A stretch of 64,000 bases of DNA from Octopus sinensis (GCF_006345805.1 NC_043005.1:56234001-56298000); one strand, 5' to 3'; shown: positions 1-13,716, counted from the stretch's first letter. Numbers and translations: made by a program. The notes: generated by a model from the letters alone, not told the origin.

Positions 1-23
1 TCGTTGGGGATGCCATTTTAAAG
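1..23 (+). CDS. SNTG1: Gamma-syntrophin-like exon (5'-truncated by window), PDZ domain: ..VGDAILK
   Basis: Translates to VGDAILK, the syntrophin PDZ motif; donor AAG|gtaact; phase 0 joins the VNS.. of the next exon. Confidence 0.88.
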
Positions 24-191
24 GTAACTGCTTCTAAATATCTACATTGCCACTCGTCAATTATTATTTTTCAGTCTTAAATATATCTACAGTACTTCAC
101 AGAATATACATGTATATTCAAACAAAATCTGATAAAAGATTTGGAAAACTTAAGAATATATTTAAAAAAAAACAAAGCAAAGCAAATAGAC

Positions 192-328
192 ATAGGCATG
201 GCTGTGTGCTAAGAAGTTTGGTTCCAGACCACTTGGTTCCAGTTTCAGTCCCACTGCATAGCACCTCAGGTAAATGTCTTCTACTATAGGCCTGAGCTGG
301 CCAATGTCTTGTAACTGAAAGAAATCCA

Positions 329-362
<34 letters not shown>

Positions 363-575
363 GTGCACATGTGTTTGTGTTGTATTTGTCCCCTACCACT
401 GCTTGACAACCAGTGTTGGTTTGTTTAAGTCCACTGTGACTTAGCAGTTTGTCAAAAGAGACCTATAGGATGGATTACCAGGCTTAAAAAGTAAGTGCTG
501 TGATCATTCTGTTTGATTAAAACCCTTCAAGCAGTGCTCCAGCATGACCACAGTAATCACATAAACAAGTAAAAG
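192..575 (+). mobile_element. SINE family A (tRNA-derived head, CORE-like segment, internal TA/TG microsatellite)
   Basis: A/B-box-like TGGCTGTGTG..GTTTCAGTCCC; CACCTTGGGCAAGTGTCTT consensus across copies. Other + copies: ~21060-21408, 22735-22870, 27227-27663, 40530-40790, 58075-58345. Confidence 0.85.
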
Positions 576-726
576 GTAACATAAAAATGCTTACTAAAGG
601 ATCATTTCAGTGTAATTCAACAAATGTCTGTCATGAAAGTTCTTAAATTTTCCTCGTTTATTGGTAACTATTGAAAGGAGCATTTGCAAGGGAAGTCATC
701 GCTCCCATCTCTAGCCTTACGGGATA

Positions 727-770
727 CTCACAGACCTAGGTTTCTGGATGTTTTCATTCCTCAGTGTGAG
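727..770 (-). ncRNA. Minimal type-I hammerhead ribozyme motif
   Basis: Minus strand CTCACA-CTGAGGA-A-TGAAAACATCCA-GAAAC-CTAG-GTC-TGTGAG; perfect 6-bp stem I, palindromic stem III, one mismatch in stem II. Confidence 0.75.
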
Positions 771-917
771 ACAGCTGAGGGCTAAAACAACAGTAACATC
801 GTACTTTATAGGACTGCCACATTCTGTTGGCATATAAACATTACTATCCAGTACTGTTACTGTATATCTCTCACTCAGAGATTTAAATCAAGTTCTTTCT
901 CTCTCTCTCTTTCTCTC

Positions 918-985
<68 letters not shown>

Positions 986-2254
986 CATACATCTGTTTAT
1001 TGTTTACACATCCGTCTTCATCTTTTGTTCTTTTGTAAATTCTCTCCCTCTCTCTCTCATATATACATATATCTCAAAAGCATCCACACAGTTTTTGTTT
1101 ACTATGTTTGACATGAAAGGCATTGGGAAACTTGATACTATGGTAGAATGCACTTGCTTAAATTCTTATGTTGTGGAATCAAATCCGTGTATGTAACTGT
1201 AAAACAAATTTCTTAACCACACAGCCATGCCTGAATTCTTTTTCTTTTTTTTTTTTTTGTCTTTTGAAAGAAAACCTATATGTTGCTTTGGATTTGTATA
1301 AATTCAATAATAAATTTTGTCACTACAATTCTTTGATAAAATTTACTTTGATAAATTTCTTTAAAGTTAACAGACAACTTAGTAACCATAAGAGTGATAT
1401 CAAAAAAATAAAAACAGCTAATATCAAACTTTTGAGTTTTCTTTTATAGTTTGAGTATCTTCTAAAGAAAGTCAGTTTTAGCAGACCACTATTTTTTGAA
1501 TTTATCTCAGACGGCTGTTTGCAAAAGTTTCCTAATCGTCGTCCTCATGTAGCATTCTAATCCACTTCTAGAAAGCTTACTCAAACCTTAAAGCTGTGAA
1601 GAAAGATAAAATTTTTGACTTATCATACCTTGATCAAAACCAAGTTACTAGAGCTAAACAAAACAGATTTTTTTTGAACTGTCAACTGCAGAAAACCACT
1701 ACTAAACATTGAAGTGAACAGTTTTATTGCTAAAAATGTAAACTTCACAAGACTGCTGAATATATCAATCTAAGAATGCAAAATTCCCCTGAGAAATGCT
1801 AAAAAGAGACAACTAAAAAGAAAGAAAAAATTAGTGAAGTAAATGTAATTATTAGTTATGTAATTTTCAGTCTAAAATTACTCTTGTTACCATTCTCAGT
1901 TACTTCATTACAAAACAAGTTACTTAAATGTAATTTTGGTGTCTAACTTCGGTACAAAACCATTAATGTAGGGTAAAGGTACATAAATCATCAAACAAAA
2001 CACCTTCAGTATTTAATACTGTCTTTACCCTTTCATTAGCATGTCTAATGAAATACACTTCCCAATATCAGTTTTTTTTTTAATTAACATGGATTTGTGA
2101 GGCTTTAGTAATATAACTAACTCTTCCATTAGGGTTTTTTAAACAATATTGAAGGGTCTTGCTTAAAATTATGATACAAGATTTAACTTAAACGCTTTAA
2201 TTACAAAACTGAATTTTATGATCATTTGAGTAATGATGTTAAATATTTTTTAAT

Positions 2255-2672
2255 ACTCTTACTTGTTTCAGTCATTTGACTATGGCCATGCTGGATCACT
2301 GCCTTGAAGAGTTTTAGTCAAACAAATCAACCCCAAGACATTTTTTCAGTCTAGTACTTATTCTACCAGACTCTTTTGCCGAACCAGTAAGTTACAGGGG
2401 CATAAACTTACCAACACTGGTTGTCAAGTGGTGGTGAGGGGAACAAACACAGACACACATACACGATTATATATATGTGTGTGTGTGTGTGTGTGTATGT
2501 GTGTGTGTGTGTGCAATAGGGCTTCTTTCAGTTTCCATCTACCAAATCCACTCACAAGGCTTTGGTTGGCCTGATGCTATATAGAAGACACTTACCCAAG
2601 GTGCCATGCAGTGGGACTGGACCTGGCACCATGTGGTTGGGAAGCAAGCTTCTTACCACACAGCCATGCCTG
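2255..2672 (-). mobile_element. SINE family A, minus-strand copy
   Basis: Reverse complement of the above. Other - copies: ~8081-8490, 15300-15662, 18596-18970, 30140-30515, 31274-31936, 47365-47525, 54615-54992. Confidence 0.85.
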
Positions 2673-3735
2673 CAACCATATATATATATATATATATATA
2701 TACATGCACACACATACACAAACACACCAAAAAATGCTTACTTAATTTCACATAACATCAAGGAAGTAGGGGTAAGGTCAATTGGATTAACCCACAAAAT
2801 ATTACAGGTACTTTATTTTGACTTCAGGAGGTGTAAATTATAAAAAAAAAAGTAATCCCTGTAGGTTCTGAATTCATCACAAAGAGAAGTAATAAGATAT
2901 TGGTTACAAATTTTGGCACAAGGCCAGAAATTTCAGGGGAGGGGGTAAATTGATTACATCAACCCCAATGCTCAACTGGTACTTATTTTGTTAACCCCAA
3001 AAGGATGAAAGGTAAAGCCAATCTCAGTGGAATTTGAACTTAGAATGTAATGATGGATAAAATGCTGCTAGGCATACAGTTCTGCCAGCCCACTGCTTTG
3101 AAGCAACTAAATATTGGTTTCAAATTTGGGTACAAGGACAGCGATTTTTTTTTGGGGGTGGGGTTCAAGTCGATCACATCAACCCCAGTGCTCAACTGGT
3201 ACCTATTTTACTGACCCAAAAAGAATGAAAGACAAACTTGACCTTGGTTGAATTTGAGCTCAGAACATAAAGACAGACAAAATGGTGCTAAGCATTTTGT
3301 TCAGCATACTAATGATTCTCAAATAGTTGGTAGCTTTTTCTAAGCACAAATATCCTTTACATTAGATTTATGCTAAGAATTACAGGATAGATACAGTTGA
3401 CTACATAACTTGACTGTTACTTATTTTGTTGACCTTGAAAGGATGATCATTGACCTCAAGGGACTTGAGATCAGCTCTGCCTTCTGTCTTTGATAATATT
3501 AATTACACATAGCTAACATTATAAAAATAAAAGTAAGCTCCTGTTTCCAAGAGTTTGAGATCCTGCTTTATTCTTCCATTGTAATTAATTCACTTAACTT
3601 AGATTGTTAATGACATGAAGAAAGTTGTGAAGGCCACATTTCATTTAATTTCCCCTCTCTTAAAGTTCTCCAACTTCACAGAGATGACTGATACATTGTG
3701 ATACTAGTTTGAACATATTACACTATCTTGTTTAA

Positions 3736-3969
3736 CCCTTTTGATACCAACCTGCCTGAGATCTCTCTTGGTTTTGTGGTACAAGCCTACTACTTAAAGT
3801 GATTTAAATTAAAATCACAAAGTGATTTAAATTAGAATTTTCCATTAATATTTCATGTTATGTTCCAAGCATCAGCCTAATAATGATAGAAGTTATTTTA
3901 CTATTTTCTTTATTTTCAAAATTAACTGAATCAAAGAGGTATTTCAAGGGAAATATGGTAACAAAAGGA
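3736..3969. mobile_element. piggyBac-like MITE (TTAA TSD)
   Basis: TTAA-CCCTTTTGATACC ... GGTAACAAAAGGA-TTAA; same family as 54385-54607 and decayed copy at ~58665-58900. Confidence 0.7.
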
Positions 3970-4262
3970 TTAATGCCTCGCTACTTCTCTGAATTCAAAT
4001 TCCACTGTGATTTGACTTTTCCTTTCATCCTTCAAAAGCTTATGTAATATACTGAATGTTACACTAGAAAACTAGCAATTAGACCTTGTGGGGAAGAATT
4101 GATATTTAGTGGAGTGTGGGTTAAGGGTTAGTGATTTGGATGAAACAGTATAATGCTTGAGAAATTGTATTCAACTATTTATTGAAGATTTATTCTTCCA
4201 TGCTCTGAGTTCAAATCTCATAAGGGTTGAATTTTAGCTTTTAACCTTCTGGATTTGAAGTA

Positions 4263-4483
4263 CAGTAATCTCTTGACTACAGTGGGTGTTATGTACAAAC
4301 CCCGCATCTTAGGTGAAAAATCTGTGAAGTAGAAACAGTACTCTACTGTATTTGTTTTTTTATCATTTTTATAATTTGTATATATTTATTTTATCATAAA
4401 TGCAAAGCAACACCACAGAGGAATCGACATAGCTTAAATAATAAACTGTGATTGGTGAACTGCAACATGGCAAGGGATTACTG
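4263..4483. mobile_element. pogo/Tigger-like MITE
   Basis: TA-CAGTAATCTCTTG ... CAAGGGATTACTG-TA termini. Confidence 0.75.
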
Positions 4484-5617
4484 TATCAGCTGGAGCAATC
4501 TGAAATACCTATACACATTCTTATGCAACATAAGCTGTTGTGCTTAGTCAGTACATGGAGACTATTCAGTTAGCATGGAAATGAATTATTCTATATAAAT
4601 CACCAATGTCACCTCCACCACCACATTCTTTGTTTTCATATAGAGCTAAGGGTTGGATAAGTTTGCACTACAATAAGCTGTCGCTTGTCTTCATCTTGTA
4701 TTGACTCATCTGGATGACTCAAAATGTTGACACATAATCTCATTGCTTTCTCCCATATCTCCAACAATCTATCTCTACATGAAATTTAACAACTGAAGCA
4801 GCCACCACAGTGATGGATCTCTGTTGTTGCCTTATCTGCTAGAAATAGCTGCTAAATTTCTCTCAAATTACAGCCTGTCATCTTAGAAGAAAGTGGAGGA
4901 CACATTCATTCTTGTAATCTCAAGATATGGTATGCTGAAGAAAAAAAACTGACAAGTGGTCATGGTTGGAATGCTTTTTTATCATAGGTCTTTGTTTAGC
5001 CCAAAGCCATAGACAATGTTGGGTTAAATAACTACTCATGGTTATAATGAAGGTGGTGATAAGAAAATCTTTATTATAATGGAGCTTATGTAAATATATG
5101 TATATATGTAACTGAAATGTTTTCTGCTTTTCTTCTGACCATCTCTCACACCCTTCCTAAATAACACCTACCTCATGCTTCCACTTAAGTGTAACAGAGA
5201 TGGAGAGAGAAAGAGAATTGCTTGCTGGCAGACAAATATATCATCCGATCTTCCTGTTGTATGACTGCATAACTGTATTTCACTTCCACATTTGATGATG
5301 CTTATGCATATCAGCTGGACTTGTTCTTCAACAAGAGAGTGTCTACATGGTCACTTTCCCTGCCTGCTGAAAATAACAGAGCCAAATGTCTCCTTCAAAT
5401 CGTAAACTAACTTAAATGAAGGATGTTGGATAGTTCTGGATAAATGGCTAGATGAGATGGTCAAGACTGGATCACCATTCGTTATAAGTTTCTTCAGTCA
5501 AGGCTGATCAGGAGTTACACAACAAACAGATTTAATAACATGTTTAATTTCCCTCAGATCATGACCTACCACCTTAAATTAGGAGAGCTTACACACACGC
5601 ACATGAATAATATATAA

Positions 5618-5686
<69 letters not shown>

Positions 5687-6282
5687 TATTACATAAACTA
5701 TGAGAATATAGTTCAGAGAGCACTTTTTCTCTTAGTAATAATAAAATCAATTAGAAGATTAGAAATAAATAAAACAAAAGAAAAAGAAAAACCACTGCTA
5801 AACAACACTATTAATATCTTTTCTTCATATATATGTTTTTTATATATTTCCTTATCCATTAAATCCTTCTTATAATGTTGTACTGCACACAATCTAGCAT
5901 TTCTGATATTATCTCAATGTGTGACTAACAGCAAATAAATCAATACATAACTTATTATTTCATCTGTGGTTTGTTTCCGTTTTATTTTTATTATCTATTT
6001 TTTTGGGGGAAAACTGTTTTGTTTTTGATATATCGATTATTGATGCAAATGTGTGGGTGTGTATGTACACACACACACACACACCCTGGTTATTATCTTG
6101 GGGATTTTATTGGGGTTTTTTTTATATTCAATTTACCCTTGGATATAATCTTTTTGTTATTGTTGTTAGCTCTTTACAAATTGAATAATTTATGGATTAA
6201 TTTCAATATCAAATCCTTGCCGCTCAAATGCAAGATGGAGATTTCGTCTTAATATTTGTTACTACTTTCACTTAGTGAAAGG

Positions 6283-8020
6283 TGACAAGCTGGCAGAATC
6301 ATTAGTGCACTGTGCAAAATGCTTAGCAACATTTCTTCCAGTTATTTAGATTCTGAGTTTAACTTCCACCAAGGATAAAATAAGTACCAGTTGTACATTG
6401 AGACCATTGTATTTAACTATTGGGTTGTCCGGAAAGTTTGTGCCGACTTTTAAAGGAAAGAAAAAGGTCAATAAATACTTGCCATTACATTTTTAATCAA
6501 CCAAATATGAACCGTTTTGTTGCACAATGCGTCTTCATCTTACCTTTAACTTGAAAATACCCTCTTCCCAGAAATGAGGTGGTTTCATGGCAAAGAATTT
6601 GTCAAGGTATCTTTTTACGTCATCCAAGGAATTGAAATTTTTACCATTAAGACTATTCTGCAGAGACCTGAATAAGTGGAAATCTGAAGGAGCAATATCT
6701 GAATATCTGGTGAATATGGAGGGTGGGGTAACACATCCCAGCCGAGCTGCAGCAATTTTTGTCTGGTTCCCAAAGCATCAAGTGCCAAAAATGAACTTTC
6801 TTATCTTCCATTTTATAGGATTACAGAATTAACACAGGTTATAGGAACATAAATCTTCTTCCACGCAAAGATAGCTTAAACTGTCCTTTAAATGGAGGTG
6901 TAGTCAAATCTTATTTTATGGACTCAACCATATTCTAAAATATGTCGAAATGTAAGCTACTATAAATCGGCACAAACTTTCCGGACATCCCAATAGCTCC
7001 CACCCTCAAAATTTCAGGCCTTGTGCCCATAGTAGAAAGGATTATTATTATTATCATCATTATTATTATTATCATCATTATTATTATCATTAATAAGGCG
7101 GTGAGCTGACAAAATCATTAGCATGCCAGGCGAAATGCTTAGCAGTATTTCACCTGTTGCTACTTTCCGAGTTCAAATTCTGCCGAAGTCGACTTTGTGT
7201 TTCATCCTTTTGGGATCAATAAATTAGGTACTGAAGTCGATGTAATTCACTTACTCCCTTCCCACAAATTTCAGGCCTAGTGTCCAGAGTAGAAAGGATT
7301 ATTATTAAGGCAGTGAGCTGGCAGAATTGTTAGCAGGCTGCACAAAATGTTTAGTAGCATTTCATTGATCTGTATGTTCTGTGTTCAAATTCTGCCATGG
7401 CCAACTTTGCCTTTTGTCTTTTGGAATCAATGAAATAAATACCAATCAAACACTGGGGTCAATGTAATTGACTGGCATCCTTCCCAAAATTCCAGGCCTT
7501 GTACTTATAGTAGAAAGGATTATTATTATTAAGGTGGCGAGCTGGCAAGTTCATTAGCACACTGGGCAAAATGATAAGCGGTATTTTGCTCATCACTATG
7601 TTTAAGTTCAAATTCCACCTAGGTCAACTTTGCTTTTCATTCTTTCAGGGTCGATAAATTAAGTATTGGTGAAACACTAGAGTTAATGTAGTCCCCCTCC
7701 TCTGAAATTTTAGGTCTTGTGCCCTTAGAGAAAAGGATTTTTATTATTATTATTAAGGCAAGCTGATGAAATCATTAGATCATTGGAAAAATGTTTGCTG
7801 CTTTTGTTGTCTTTTTACATTCTGGGTTCAAATCGTACAAAGATCAACTTTGTCTTTTATTCTTTCAGAGCTGGTAAAATAAAGTAAGAGGTTGATGATA
7901 TAGATTAAGTCCCTCCTCTCAAAACTACTCGCCTTGTGCTTAAAGCTGAAACCATTATTAGTATTAATATTTGGACAATATCCCTAAAAAATTACTGGCC
8001 TTGTGCCAAAATTTCAAACG
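6283..8020 (+). mobile_element. Head-to-tail array of ~5 SINE family B copies with (ATT)n tails
   Basis: Heads GGCGGTGAGCTGGCAGAA at ~6283, 7097, 7309, 7533, 7757; GAGTTCAAAT B-box; GACTTTGCCTTTCATCCTT..GATAAA..AGTACC central segment resembling the MetaSINE domain (from memory). Confidence 0.85.
6420..6993 (-). mobile_element. Internally deleted mariner transposon nested in a SINE
   Basis: TIRs TTGGGTTGTCCGGAAAGTTTGTGCCGA / TCGGCACAAACTTTCCGGACATCCCAA, TA TSD; N-terminus MEDKKVHF joined out of frame to WDVLPHPPYSPD..IAPSDFHLFRSLQN. Confidence 0.93.
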
Positions 8021-9001
8021 GATATCTGATCAATGTTGTTCTTGAATATTAGGTTGTTGTTGAACCCCACTTCAACCTATACTCTTTTACTTTTCTACTT
8101 GTTTCAATCATTTGACTGTGGCCATGCTGGAGCACTGCCTTTAGTCGAGCAAATCAACCCCCAGGACTTATTCTTTGTAAGCCTAGTACTTATTCTATCG
8201 GTTTCTTTTGCCGAACCACTAAATTATGGGGACATAAATACACCAACATCATTGTCAAGCAATGTTGGGGGGACAAACACAGACACACAAACATACACAC
8301 ACACATACATATATATACACATATATACAACAGGCTTCTTTAAGTTTCTGTCTACCAAATCCACTCACAAGGCTTTGGGCAGCCCGAGGCTATAGTAGAA
8401 GACACTTGCCCAACGGGCCATGCAATGGGACTGAACCCAGAACCATGTGGTTGGTAAGCAAGCTACTTACCACACAGCCACCTCTGTGCCTATATTGAGT
8501 AGATGCATGATCAAAAGAAATCATTCAAGACCATCCTCTCTTTTCAGTAGATTATCCAAATTATTCTTCCTTATTTAAGACATCCTGATGTGCTTTGAGG
8601 GTGATTGGACATAGCAATCAGTTAATTTAGGAAAAAAGTTTCTAGTTCAAATCCAGTTAGACGTATGTACATATTTTATTTGATACTTTAATAATTCTGC
8701 TAATCCACTAGCCATAATAATATCAACTTAACAAGTGGAACCTCTTTGTAGTTGCTTAGTCTGATAAAAGGTCATACCCACTAAATGAAACAACAAATTA
8801 TACAGAATACCCCTACAAGACATGATGGTTAATTGACTTTTACACACCTTATAAATAAGGGCTTATTAATAATATTTATTAGTAAAATATTTGAATTTCT
8901 CTCAGTTAGGTACATCCCATTACAGCTATCATGGCTGTTTATAATATGTATTCTTTGCTTCTTGCCTAGTCAAAAATAACATATATATATATATAAATAT
9001 A

Positions 9002-9205
9002 AATCAAAGTATACAGCATTATAGTTTCCTTTCAGCCAATGTTACCAATTGGTTTTATATTAGATAACAGGTATACTTGCCAGCTATGAAAAGCATATAT
9101 ATTCGATAACCAGCCCATTACCTAATATTCATTTATCTAATATCTGGTGTGAAACCGATTGGTAAGATTGAATGAAGCGGGTCTATAATACTGTATACTT
9201 TGATT
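9002..9205. repeat. Inverted-repeat element with hammerhead remnants; homologous copy at ~43150-43240
   Basis: Arms 9002-9066 and 9133-9205 are reverse complements; GAAAC-CGATTG-GTA-AGAT in the right arm. Confidence 0.7.
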
Positions 9206-9251
9206 AATATACCCATTCTATTGACAAATATGTGTGCTTATTTATTTTCAG

Positions 9252-9375
9252 GTTAATAGTGTTAGTGTTGAAATAGCAACTCATGATGAAGTGGTCCAAG
9301 CCCTAAAGAACGCCGGGGAGAAGTTAACGCTGACCGTGAAACATTTCAAGCAAGCATCATATTTTCTCAACAGGG
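9252..9375 (+). CDS. SNTG1: Gamma-syntrophin exon, PDZ C-terminal half: VNSVSVEIATHDEVVQALKNAGEKLTLTVKHFKQASYFLNR
   Basis: Acceptor tttattttcag, donor G|gtatgt, 124 nt ending in phase 1; classic PDZ alphaB/betaF pattern THDEVVQALKNAG..LTV. Confidence 0.95.
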
Positions 9376-11364
9376 GTATGTCTTTTTAACAAGTCACAGT
9401 AAATTAATCCTCAATTAGATTTACTCTATTAATTGACTTAAATTCACCGCCCTTTTAGAAGGATTCCATCATTATCATTTATTCATTTATTGCTTCTCTT
9501 ATTCTTTTTCACCCTTTTTAACTTTTTAACAATTCTATTGAAATATTCTACAAAAAATTATAATAACAAAATAAAGCAAATCTTTTCAAATTTTGACTAT
9601 AAAGGCATGAAAGAAAGCACTGATATTGCTACTGTTACCATTGTCAATTACACTGCATATGAAGGAATTGCACTAGTTCTACTACAAATCAACTAGAATA
9701 CTGGTGCATCTCATACAAAACTTTCTTATGATCCTCTGCTTATAAATCAAGTGCTTCATTGTCATTGCTGTTTGTTTGTTTGTTTGTTTGTTTTAAAGCT
9801 ACTCTTGTTGAAGAAATGTTCTTTTATTTAAGAAAGAAATCAATATGAGAAGAAACATTGCTATCACGCAGATTATCTCAATTTTGTATGCTTCCTAGTG
9901 GGATCTTTTCTGGGATTTATTATGTCTAGTGTATGCAGCTAGTTTGTGTAACAGTTCTATATTCTCTATCATTTGCAGAATAAAATAAAATGATAAAAAG
10001 CATAAGATAAAATGATAAATAAAACAAATACTTGTTTTATTTTGTTTTGTTCCAGTTTCAGTCATTTGGCTGTGGTCATTTGAGACCCTCATCTTCAAAA
10101 ATTTGATCCAATCATTTTGATCCCTGATCTTGTGAAAAATGAACTGCAAAGACAATATTAGTCCAAGGGGGAAAATAACTTGAATATAAATTTGGCAGGG
10201 TATTTCTGTTTGAATGTACTGCATTTTCTATTCCTTCACTATACACACATTCATACCTATATATATATACAAACATGTATGTATATATAGGTATATGTGA
10301 TTTTATGTATGATGTATATAGGTGTGAGTGTGAATGTATATGTGCATGTGTGTATCATTCAACCACAGTAGTGGCTGAATAATATATTAAGTCCACCATT
10401 TCGTCAATTGTAGCAGCTTCCAAGCTTCCCCACTAATTCAGTTCTCTACTAAATTGCAAACTGTTAAGTTTTAAAGAGGACACCTCCTCAGTTACACTTT
10501 GGCATAAATAGTTTGAGATTTGGTTCAGTAGAAAAAAAGTTACATCAAAATAATTGCGACCTCCAGGGGGGCAGTAAGGCACCTATTCACCTTCAATTGA
10601 CATAAAATTTTTAATTTTAAAATAAAAGTATAACTTTCTTAGGCTTAAATGATAGGAAAATGTATGAGGAATTCAGAGTCATTAGTCGCATTGAACAAAA
10701 ATTAGTAGAAGAAAAGTTATAGGGTGAAATACTACGAAATTTTGAGTCAGTAAGAGAGTAAGGAAGTAATGCTTAGCAATAAGAATGAAGAATATATTGC
10801 TAAAATGAATGTTTATGTCCTAAGTCGGCGAGCTGGCAGAAACGTTAGCACACTGGGTGAAACGCTTACTGGTATTTTGCCTGTGTTTACATTTTGAGTT
10901 CAAATTCCGCCAAAGTCGACTTCACTTTTTATTCATTTCGGATCTATTCAATTTGACATACATTATTTAATTAATTTTTTTTTTAACTAAACACTTTGAA
11001 GCTTCCGATACTGGTACAATGAGTCACATACAACAGGGTTTACTCTTAACGTTTTTGACAAAATTTTGTATTTTAGAAGTTATTTCATCATAAGTTACAG
11101 AGTGACAATGGACAAATTTGTGTTTGATAAGTGCCAATACCCAAAACTCCCAGGTTTTGATTTACTCTCTAACTTCTGCCGATGATATAATTCATATTAT
11201 ACATACATATGTAAAAAAATCTCATCACGCAATCAAACTAATGACACACTAAAAGTATGCAAACAATGTATCACCCTACCCAGTATTTTCTAAGGTAAAA
11301 TCCTAAATTATTAATTGACACATTATTAATTATCTTATAACAGCAATGCCTGAAAAAATCATGG

Positions 11365-11863
11365 ATTACATGGAAAAATACAAGCATGGAAAGTAATATT
11401 CTTAAGATTATAAACTTGGAAAAGTACAGGACAAGTTATTACACTTGTAAAAGTATAGGACAAGCTATTACTTCAAGTAAAGAATAAGACATTTTACTTA
11501 AAATATTGCATCTAAAATTAAAATCTGAATATTAAAAAAATACTTTTATTAAAGTTTACAAATAACACTATACAATTTAAGTAGAATTTGGCTAATCTAC
11601 TACCTTAAATACAGAAAAAGTGACTAATTAGACAAACTTACAAATTAGCTGAACAGTTTTGTACAATAAATTTAAGATGAGTACTGTAAAGAGTGATAAA
11701 TTAGAAGAACAGGCATTTTTTGCTGCAATATTTTAAGTAAAAAGTTTCTTATTCTTGAAGTAATAGTTTGTCCTATACTTTTACAGGTGTAATAACCTGT
11801 CCTGTACTTTTCCAGGTTTATAATCTTAATATTACTTTTCATGCTCACATTTTTCCATGTAAT
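11365..11863. repeat. Long inverted repeat / foldback element
   Basis: Arms 11365-11510 and 11724-11863 are imperfect reverse complements around a ~213-bp spacer; no clear TSD. Confidence 0.85.
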
Positions 11864-12940
11864 ATAGTTACATATATATATCATTATCATCATCGAGATC
11901 CCTTTTTTCATGCTGGCATGGGTTGGATAGTTCATGCATGATCAGGCAAGCCAGAGGCACCACCAGCCACTTCACAGAGAGTACTGGTTGCTTTTCATGT
12001 ATTTATATATGTTACTCGCATAGCATTTATATATTTCTAAATCTTCTTAAAAATATTAGCTGTGGCTAGATAATTACAGCATATAACACCTACTTTTATC
12101 TATGAATATTAGACCTATTATTTACAGTAAATACTAAAATCATAAATTTTATAAACCAGAAATTATTCTCTAATACTAGTACTAACCATCAATTTTCTAA
12201 AAATTTTAATTTGAAGGGAGAATTGACAGTTAAGTAAAGACTAAATATGTATTTGAAAATACATATACCTCCTTATTTAGTATTTCACAACATACATACA
12301 AATACATCTTGACCAATATAAAAATTTATTTAAGGAAGTTTAAATAGATACATTTTGGATTTCATAGAGAGAATATCAGTTTCAATATTACATATATTAG
12401 CACTCATTTACTATATATTTTTTTAGTCTAGATTCATAATAAACATGACTGGAAGAATGAATATGCAAATCCCAAAATGATAACTAAGAAAATATCTATA
12501 TACTTTAAATGTCCTTTTTTAGTTTTTCTATTAGCTACTGACAAGTACAAATATGACTATTACGATTTTCTATTTATGAATATCTGAGTCCATTTGTATG
12601 AAACAATTGTATAGTAACATGAAAAATAGAAAATATAATCCATTTTAACATCTAATTCCATTACATAAATATGAATGAATTTGTTGAACTTTGTTTAATA
12701 AGTCATATACTGGTTTTATATATATATATATTGAGAGAACAAACAAAAGAAACAGTACTCAATGCATGAGTATAAAAGATTTCCATTTTTTTTTAGTCAG
12801 CATAAAGTTACAAAAGTGACTCAAACACTGAGATTGTTCTGTATAGTCCTTACCAAACTCTCACACAAAACTCTCAGCCATTGAGCCACTTTTCCAATTT
12901 TCAACCAATTAAGAAAAAAATTAAAACTCTGCATGTGCAT

Positions 12941-12982
<42 letters not shown>

Positions 12983-13029
12983 ATTGAATTGAGTGAAACA
13001 AATGAGAGATGTTTATAGTTTATTGAACT

Positions 13030-13640
13030 TAATAGTTATCTCATAACTCGGGTTTCATGCCACTGCATTCTTCAGGCAAGAACTGTTGCAATTGGATTTT
13101 GGTAATATATTTGTATTCATTAATATGAGTATGGTTATCTCAAGCTTGTTTTCATTCATTGCTTTCTGTTTTTGCATTTGCTATTTCACTATTTTCCTGC
13201 TTCTGTCATTGGTTAATTTTGTTGGTTTATTTTTGGTGAAGGTGTGTTTTTAATTTGCTTATTCATTTTAGATTTATTAACCTATTTAAGGATGTTCTTT
13301 TATGAAGTTTTTTTCTTCTGTTATTATGTTTGTGAAGGATGTTTTGTTGGTGAATGAGTTTAACTGTCACACTAACAGAGGATGCCTCTATTGTAAAAGA
13401 TGTTTCATGGCTGAATGATCTTTAAATGGCTTTTTCAATAGGAGCAGTTATTGTGTGTGTGTGTGTGTGTGTGAGTGAGCATCTGGAAATTATAAGTTTG
13501 TTGGTGTGTATGCTTTAAGTTAATTGCTTGGCTTGAATGTTTGGGATATTTTGTAGATAATAGACTTTTGTATAATTTAATGAATAGAATTTGTTATCTG
13601 AATTGCAAGTTCTCAGGTGTGTAAGTTCATGTTTCTTTTT
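13030..13640 (-). mobile_element. Decayed Penelope-like fragment with hammerhead motif (13038-13082)
   Basis: Minus strand CTGAAGA-ATGCagtgGCAT-GAAAC-CCGA-GTT; upstream traces HLRTCNS..TFKPS resembling an endonuclease C-terminus. Confidence 0.55.
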
Positions 13641-13716
13641 TTCAGTTTCACATTCTAACTCCCACAAATATCCTTTGCAAAAACATTATGCAAGAAAAAA
13701 TGCACTCACACACACT

